A DNA stretch of 64,000 nt, taken from NCBI GenBank assembly GCA_944392155.1, contig CALXVR010000005.1, forward strand, positions 501-64,500. Direction: 5' to 3'. Each line of letters begins with the position of its first letter. Positions within the stretch are counted from its first letter, which is position 1. Under the pieces are notes generated by a model. The model was not told the DNA's origin. It did not search any database and saw only the letters and a program-made list of their open reading frames with translations. The position numbers and the translations under genes were made by a program. Shown one piece after another: positions 58,344-64,000 of the stretch. This DNA comes from an uncultured Alphaproteobacteria bacterium. GTDB taxonomy: Bacteria; Pseudomonadota; Alphaproteobacteria; RF32; CAG-239.

Positions 58344-58754
58344 ATGAAAAAAGTATTTCTTGTTTGTGGCGCGATTTTGTTATTACAAGCCTGTGCAACG
58401 GAGGCTAAATATGATAAAAAATTGCAGTCAATGGTGGGTAAGCCCGAATCTCAGCTGATAGCAGAATGGGGAGCTCCGAGTGCTGCAAAAATTTTGAATA
58501 ATGGCGAGCAAGTCATAACCTATACTCAGGCTAATGATATGTATGTCCCCTCAGAATATTACATCTATAATACGACGGGAGCAGAACCGAGTGAAACCGT
58601 CTTATACTCACCTTTTATGGATGACTACGACTTTGGTCCCTACAACCAGACTTTTGGCTATGAAGTAGAAGAGGTTTGCCAAACATCATTTTACATCAAA
58701 GAAGGTATTGTCAGCGGTTGGAAGTGGAAGGGAAACAACTGTGTGTCAAACTAG
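58344..58754 (+). CDS. Hypothetical lipoprotein
   Basis: AGGAGG RBS; lipobox LQAC; MVGKPESQLIAEWGAP motif. Confidence 0.8.
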   Translation: MKKVFLVCGAILLLQACATEAKYDKKLQSMVGKPESQLIAEWGAPSAAKILNNGEQVITYTQANDMYVPSEYYIYNTTGAEPSETVLYSPFMDDYDFGPYNQTFGYEVEEVCQTSFYIKEGIVSGWKWKGNNCVSN

Positions 58755-58961
58755 TTTGGCTTTGCCGAATGTAAGCAGCCAAGGAGTCGTGCTTGGCTGT
58801 TTTTTTATCTGTTAAAATATCATTAAAGGAGCCAAAAATAAAAAAATTAAAGATAAGCTCAAAAGAATTTTCCGTAACCAATTTTTAACTTAAATATGTT
58901 GCAATTTTCTCATGTTGCACAAGGTGTCGGAGTCATAATTTTTATAAGGTGTGGAAAAACA

Positions 58962-59285
58962 ATGGGCTTATTCTTAGAATTAACAAACAAAATTAAAAAC
59001 TCTGGATTTCTGATTCTTTGTGTGTTGTTGTTTTTCTACTTCAGCTTTTATACCATCAATGGCGAGCGTGGTTTGCTTAAGTACATGTATTTGAGCAAAG
59101 AAATAGCTTATGCCAAAGATATTGCGGCACAATACAGCGCGCAAAAACAAAAACTGGAAGCCAAAGTTCGCTTATTATCATCATCCAGCTTGGATTTGGA
59201 TATGTTGGATGAAAGAGCTCGCGTTGTTCTAAATTTTGCCGGAGATGATGAGTTTGTTATTTTAGATGATTTTGAAAATAATTAG
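58962..59285 (+). CDS. ftsB: Septum formation initiator FtsB/DivIC
   Basis: TM, GERGLL, coiled coil, SLDLDMLDERARVVLN. Confidence 0.88.
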   Translation: MGLFLELTNKIKNSGFLILCVLLFFYFSFYTINGERGLLKYMYLSKEIAYAKDIAAQYSAQKQKLEAKVRLLSSSSLDLDMLDERARVVLNFAGDDEFVILDDFENN

Positions 59286-59390
59286 TCTCGGAAAATCAAG
59301 TATTTTCAAGGCATAAACTCGCATTTGGGATAACTGGATAAAAAAAGCTGTATTTTTTAAATTTTATTTGCTATACAATATGTTGCTAAA

Positions 59391-60665
59391 TTGATTGATA
59401 ACAATTTAATGTCTCGGTGTGCCCGAGCGGGAACTTGGATGAATATAGGTAACGATAGCATTCCGCCGCATATGCAATATACGGAAAAAAAGCCGTTATT
59501 CTCGGAGAAAGAGATTATCTTCCGAGGATCTGGTTGTGCTAAGGTATGGAAAATTTCTTCCCGAGCTCAAGTCATAGTTTTTATGGCTTTGTTATTAATC
59601 AGTTCTTGGTGCTTTTATTCTTACTATCTATACAATAAATCAGGTCACATTATTTCTTACAAAGAACGAGAATTAGATGAAACTAGGGATGCCTATGTTG
59701 AATTAATGACTGATTTTGTGACCTTGCACAAAAATATTGGAGCCATGATAAGCTCTATCGGCGAAGGTAAAGGCAAAGATAATAAAAAATTTGATCAATA
59801 TAAGCGCCAAGCGCAGATGGTTGAAGATAAAATTAAACAAATTACGGATGAAAAAGATTGGTTAAGCTCAGAAACAATTTCAGAAAGAGCCTCGTTAAGT
59901 GAAGCTCTTTTACAAAGAGATATTATTGCTTCTGAGCGAGATGCTTTGAAAAAACAGATTAATGAGCTGGAAGAAACCATTAAAGATATAAAAAAGGCAG
60001 AAATGGAGGTCCTTGAGCGCATAGACGGTGTTGCAGACAAGGAGATAAGTAAAATAAAATCAGCTATCAATTCCATCAATCAAGCCTTAAAAAGCAAAGG
60101 TTTGTATTTTAATGCCTTAGCCAATTCAAAACGCAAAAACAACAGCGGCGGTCCATATATCCCGGATCGCCGTAATTTGGTAAAAGATAAAAAAATCGAC
60201 GATAAAATTTCCGCAATTTTCAAAAACTACGATGACTTAGAGTATTATAAAGAAGTTGTACAATATATTCCGATGGGTAAACCCGTATGGAGTTATTGGG
60301 TAACATCCCAATATGGCACTCGTTCAGATCCGTTTAATGGCAAAAGAGCTCGTCATAAAGGAATGGATTTAGCCAGCCGAACAGGAAACAAAATCAAAGT
60401 AAAAGCCAAAGGCAAAGTAACCAGAGCAGAGTTCGCCGGCGGTTACGGAAACCTTGTGGTGGTTGACCATGGTAATGGTTTTCAAACAAAATATGCACAT
60501 ATGCATAAAATCTATGTTAAAAAAGGCCAATATGTGGAGTATGATGACACATTAGGAGAGGTTGGCAGCACCGGCCGATCAACAGGCCCTCATTTACACT
60601 ACGAAGTTTTGTATATGGGAAAGAATGTTGACCCGATGCCGTTCTTGAAAGCTAAAATATCTTAA
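59391..60665 (+). CDS. Membrane-anchored coiled-coil M23 endopeptidase (LmdC-like); exact start uncertain
   Basis: TM, long coiled coil, HKGMD and HLH zinc motifs; directly upstream of a bactofilin. Confidence 0.9.
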   Translation: MIDNNLMSRCARAGTWMNIGNDSIPPHMQYTEKKPLFSEKEIIFRGSGCAKVWKISSRAQVIVFMALLLISSWCFYSYYLYNKSGHIISYKERELDETRDAYVELMTDFVTLHKNIGAMISSIGEGKGKDNKKFDQYKRQAQMVEDKIKQITDEKDWLSSETISERASLSEALLQRDIIASERDALKKQINELEETIKDIKKAEMEVLERIDGVADKEISKIKSAINSINQALKSKGLYFNALANSKRKNNSGGPYIPDRRNLVKDKKIDDKISAIFKNYDDLEYYKEVVQYIPMGKPVWSYWVTSQYGTRSDPFNGKRARHKGMDLASRTGNKIKVKAKGKVTRAEFAGGYGNLVVVDHGNGFQTKYAHMHKIYVKKGQYVEYDDTLGEVGSTGRSTGPHLHYEVLYMGKNVDPMPFLKAKIS

Positions 60666-60677
60666 GGGAAGAAAACA

Positions 60678-61139
60678 ATGTTTAAAAAATTAAAACGAAT
60701 TGCTTATTTGAAATTTGCTCGCAAATTAAATAATGCGCCTTCTGTTCCCGTGCCCAGCATCATTAGCGAAAATACCAAAGTAACAGGAGATATTATCAGT
60801 ACCGGTATTATTCATATAGACGGTCGTGTCGAAGGGGATATCTCTTGTGAGGAATTGGTTATAGGTCTTAAAGGAACGGTTATCGGTTCGGTTAATGCTA
60901 ATAATTTGCATCTATATGGTCAGTTGCAAGGCAAAGCGGTTGTAGACAAGCTCTTTGTTGCCAAGACAGCGAAGTTATTGGGTGATGCAACACATAACCA
61001 GATTGCAATAGAGCCGGGTGCTTATATTGATGGTCATTGTATCAGAGCCGGTGCACCGATTCCGGCAGAGCAAGCAAAGCCGGATTTAATGATAACGGAT
61101 GCTCATGAAAAACCATCTAAAAAAGCCGCAAATAATTAA
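60678..61139 (+). CDS. Bactofilin (BacA/CcmA family)
   Basis: PSIISENTKVTGDI...IHIDGRVEGDI beta-helix; IAIEPGAYIDG. Confidence 0.92.
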   Translation: MFKKLKRIAYLKFARKLNNAPSVPVPSIISENTKVTGDIISTGIIHIDGRVEGDISCEELVIGLKGTVIGSVNANNLHLYGQLQGKAVVDKLFVAKTAKLLGDATHNQIAIEPGAYIDGHCIRAGAPIPAEQAKPDLMITDAHEKPSKKAANN

Positions 61140-61140
61140 T

Positions 61141-61168
61141 TAAAAGCCCTCAGAAATGAGGGCTTTTT
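61141..61168. terminator. Bidirectional terminator
   Basis: AAAAGCCCTCA-gaaa-TGAGGGCTTTTT. Confidence 0.85.
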
Positions 61169-61306
61169 CGTTCCTTCGTCATCTAACGAAGAATCCATAA
61201 AGATACAGGGCACAAAAGATAGATATGCACTCTGGAAGCATCGCGGTTCAATAAAGGTCGCTGCCACAGCTAGTGCCGCGGTCAAGCTGGCAACAGCTTG
61301 TCATTT
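61141..61306 (-). ncRNA. Candidate structured small RNA (unassigned; strand uncertain)
   Basis: Several hairpins in a non-coding gap; minus-strand TATAAT at 61318-61313 upstream and a terminator downstream. Confidence 0.35.
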
Positions 61307-61359
61307 TCCTTGATTATATTTTCAAATTATGTATAACAAAAGGAAAATGAGGAAAGAAA

Positions 61360-61848
61360 ATGGCTAAGAAAGTATCAAAATCTGATTTTATTTCTACCGG
61401 TTTGGTTGCGCAAAACCGCCGTGCAAATTTTGATTATCAGATAGACAAGGTTTATATTGCGGGGCTGGAGCTGACAGGAACGGAAGTCAAGTCCTTGCGT
61501 CTTGGTCATGCCAATATTAATGATGCTTACGGTATTGAGAAAAACGGCGAGCTTTTTATCTCCAATATGTTTATTGCCGAATATGCCAACAAAGGCTATG
61601 AAAGCCACGCCGAAAAACGTGACCGTAAGTTGCTGTTGCTTCATAAAGAGATTTGCGAAATTATTTCGGAGCTTTCGCGCAAGGGTTCAACCCTTGTGGC
61701 GATGAAATTGTTTTTTAATGACAAGGGAAGAGCAAAGCTGGAAGTCGGTCTCGGCCGCGGTAAAAAGAACTATGATAAGAGAGAGACAATCAAAGACCGC
61801 GATTGGAGCAGAGACAAGAAACGCATTTTGATTAATGCCAATCACTAG
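61360..61848 (+). CDS. smpB: SsrA-binding protein
   Basis: QNRRANFDY, AGLELTGTEVKSLR, RDRKLLLLHK, GRGKKNYDKRETIK. Confidence 0.96.
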   Translation: MAKKVSKSDFISTGLVAQNRRANFDYQIDKVYIAGLELTGTEVKSLRLGHANINDAYGIEKNGELFISNMFIAEYANKGYESHAEKRDRKLLLLHKEICEIISELSRKGSTLVAMKLFFNDKGRAKLEVGLGRGKKNYDKRETIKDRDWSRDKKRILINANH

Positions 61849-62306
61849 GCTTTAAGCCGCTTTTGTCGGAAGAATTTTTTTAAGATTTCCCCGCATTCTT
61901 CTTCCATAATTCCACCGATAACATTAGGTTTGTGATGGCATGTTGCCGCTTCATAAAAACGCACGCCGTTTGCAACAGCGCCGCCTTTGGTGTCATGAGC
62001 CCCGAAATAAAGTGTTTTAATCCGTGCCATAGAGATTGCCGCAGCGCACATAGTGCAGGGTTCAAGCGTAACATATAAATCCATATCTCTGAGCCGATTA
62101 ATGCCTAATTTTTCGCAGGCGCGGCGAATAGCCAGAACCTCGGCATGGGCGGTGGCATCGCTGCCATGTTCGCTTAAGTTATAAGCCTCGCTGATAATTT
62201 CGCCTGTTTCGGGATTAACCACAATCGCCCCGATTGGCACTTCGTCGGCAGCATAAGCCTGTTGAGCCAAAGTCAGACAATATTGCATATATTCTTGCGG
62301 GGTCAT
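61845..62306 (-). CDS. tadA: tRNA adenosine deaminase
   Basis: EVPIGA, HAEVLAIR, TLEPCTMC; start taken at MTPQEY. Confidence 0.9.
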   Translation of the reverse strand: MTPQEYMQYCLTLAQQAYAADEVPIGAIVVNPETGEIISEAYNLSEHGSDATAHAEVLAIRRACEKLGINRLRDMDLYVTLEPCTMCAAAISMARIKTLYFGAHDTKGGAVANGVRFYEAATCHHKPNVIGGIMEEECGEILKKFFRQKRLKA

Positions 62307-62377
62307 ATTTCCTCTTTGCATTTTTAATTTAATCCGTTTATATAATAACAAAGGTTTCAGATAAGGAAAGATAAAAA

Positions 62378-63100
62378 ATGAGCGAAAGACTGGCAAAATT
62401 TATGGCGCGTTCGGGCGTATGCTCGCGCCGTCAGGCAGAGGAATATATCAAACAAAAACGCGTGAGCGTTAATGGTGAAATAATCGATTCTCCGGCTTTT
62501 AATGTTGAAGGAAGTGAGAAGATTTTGTTTGATGGCGAAAAACTTCCTGCTATTGAGAGCACAAGGCTTTGGCTTTATTATAAACCGGTGGGTTTGGTAA
62601 CCACGCATAAAGATAATCAAAACCGCCCCACGGTTTTTGATAGTTTGCCTCCTTTTATGCCCAGAGTTATTTCAGTCGGCAGATTAGACCTAAACTCAGA
62701 AGGTTTGTTGTTGCTCACTAACAATGGCGAACTCTCTCGCAAGCTGGAGCTGCCGGAAAATGGTTGGAGCCGTCGCTATAAGGTTAAAGTCCATGGTTTT
62801 ATTGATACCAAAAAACTGGCTTCTTTGGAAAAAAGAGCAACGGTTGACGGCATAAATTATGGTCCTATCAAAGCCGAGATTGAAACACAAAAAGGCACCA
62901 ATGCTTGGTTGATAATAACTTTGAGTGAAGGCAAAAATCGAGAGATTCGTAAACTTATGAAGTCTATAGGTTTAGATGTCGCGCGATTGATTCGTTTGTC
63001 TTACGGTCCGTTCCAGCTGGGTGCTCTGAAAAAAGGCGAGGTTAAAGAAGTTCCGGGCAAAGTTTTGCAAGAGCAGTTAGGGAGCAAGTTTAAGTTATGA
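62378..63100 (+). CDS. rluB: rRNA pseudouridine synthase (RluB/RsuA family)
   Basis: S4 domain, VGRLDLNSEGLLLLTN, EGKNREIR. Confidence 0.9.
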   Translation: MSERLAKFMARSGVCSRRQAEEYIKQKRVSVNGEIIDSPAFNVEGSEKILFDGEKLPAIESTRLWLYYKPVGLVTTHKDNQNRPTVFDSLPPFMPRVISVGRLDLNSEGLLLLTNNGELSRKLELPENGWSRRYKVKVHGFIDTKKLASLEKRATVDGINYGPIKAEIETQKGTNAWLIITLSEGKNREIRKLMKSIGLDVARLIRLSYGPFQLGALKKGEVKEVPGKVLQEQLGSKFKL

Positions 63101-63645
63101 GAATAATCGGCGGCGCATATCGCGGCAAAAAGTTATATTCTCCGCAAAACGAAGGAGTCCGTCCTACGGCAGACCGCGCGCGTGAAGCTGTTTTTAATAT
63201 CCTAAATTCCAAGCTTGATAATAATTGGGCAGAATATGATGTTTTGGATGTCTTTACCGGTACGGGCGCTCTTGGGTTGGAAGCCTTGTCTCGTGGCGCG
63301 AAATCAGTAGCTTTGCTGGATATAAACCTGCAAACAGCCAAACGTAATGTCGAATTGTTTTCCAAAGAAAAAGAAAAGATAAAACTCATTTTGGCTGATG
63401 CGGCAAAATTACCTTCAGCTCAAAAAACATATAATCTGGTTTTTATGGATGCGCCTTATAACAAAGGTCTGAGTGCCGCAGCCCTAAAGTCTTTGGCGGA
63501 AAGAGATTGGCTCGCGCCAAATGCTTGGGTCTTGGTAGAACTGGAAAAAGATGAAGCATTAGAGAACATACCTTGTTTTGAACAGGTCGACGAACGTCGC
63601 TATGGCTTAGCTAGAGTAGTTTTTTTCCGATTCCAAGTAAAATAA
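63097..63645 (+). CDS. rsmD: 16S rRNA m2G966 methyltransferase
   Basis: MRIIGG, RPTADRAREAVFNIL, ALGLEALSRGA, DAPY. Confidence 0.93.
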   Translation: MRIIGGAYRGKKLYSPQNEGVRPTADRAREAVFNILNSKLDNNWAEYDVLDVFTGTGALGLEALSRGAKSVALLDINLQTAKRNVELFSKEKEKIKLILADAAKLPSAQKTYNLVFMDAPYNKGLSAAALKSLAERDWLAPNAWVLVELEKDEALENIPCFEQVDERRYGLARVVFFRFQVK

Positions 63646-63712
63646 ATTTCATTAAAATTATTGTCATCTTTTTCGGTTGTGCTATTATCCCTCTCCGAAA
63701 AGGAGAAAACAA

Positions 63713-64000
63713 ATGCCGCAGGAAAAATCAGCAGACTTGCAAAAACAAATTGATGATATTGACCTCAAACTCTACAACCTTCTTATTCATAGAACCGAGT
63801 TGGTTGAACGCCAATTAGATAATACCATAGAAAATTCTTTGGGCAAAGAAGCCGCCGCTATTAAAAATCTGCTGAAACTCCATCGTGGAAATTTTCCGCG
63901 TTATGTGATCGCCAAAATCTGGCGCGAGATTTTAAGCGCGAGCGCTTGCCTGAAAGAAAAACCCAAACTCTCCGTTTTAGAAACCGATTCTTGTACGGGA
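63713..64000 (+). CDS. Chorismate mutase-like protein, N-terminal part (runs off the window)
   Basis: Own translation: MPQEKSADLQKQIDDIDLKLYNLLIHRTELV...IAKIWREILSAS; AGGAG RBS. Confidence 0.75.
   Translation, partial: MPQEKSADLQKQIDDIDLKLYNLLIHRTELVERQLDNTIENSLGKEAAAIKNLLKLHRGNFPRYVIAKIWREILSASACLKEKPKLSVLETDSCTG

Noticed and set aside
61190-61296. Tiny minus-strand ORFs (MTSCCQLDRGTSCGSDLY; MLPECISIFCALYLYGFFVR) as type I toxin candidates
   Set aside because: No properly spaced RBS; lengths expected by chance
61170-61306. Possible tmRNA next to smpB
   Set aside because: No T-arm plus CCA, no GGGG acceptor start and no ANDN-type tag frame on either strand; kept only as an unassigned sRNA candidate

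Overview
Core chromosome of an AT-rich, flagellated alphaproteobacterium. Gene orders and protein types are Rhodospirillales-like; an uncultured RF32-type gut lineage is my inference, not a search result. Main content: (1) flagellar genes, namely the 3' end of a flagellin, flaF, a sigma54-driven fliK-flgD-flgE unit, fliF-fliG-fliH-fliN-flbD-flhA-flhF-flhG and fliX; (2) housekeeping, division and envelope genes (thrS, fzlA, zapA, efp, rpmE, trcR, dksA, maf, rng, yacG, mraZ-rsmH-ftsL-ftsI, lpxC-bamD-recN, MscS, ftsB, M23-bactofilin, smpB, tadA, rluB, rsmD); (3) three RNA genes (6S RNA, RNase P RNA, tRNA-Thr(CGT)). No CRISPR array, integrase or transposase was seen. Most notable observations: a 576-aa ORF behind the flagellin carrying RelA/SpoT-like nucleotidyltransferase motifs; a recurring set of full-length but catalytically eroded enzymes (SuhB, Asd, ThiE-like, chorismate mutase, class III cyclase-like) plus a half GlmU; an orphan overlapping Rz/Rz1-type spanin pair in a small island after tRNA-Thr; a dcw cluster broken and rearranged around rnpB; and a candidate structured sRNA beside smpB. 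Family calls come from motif recognition by eye; no database searches were run.
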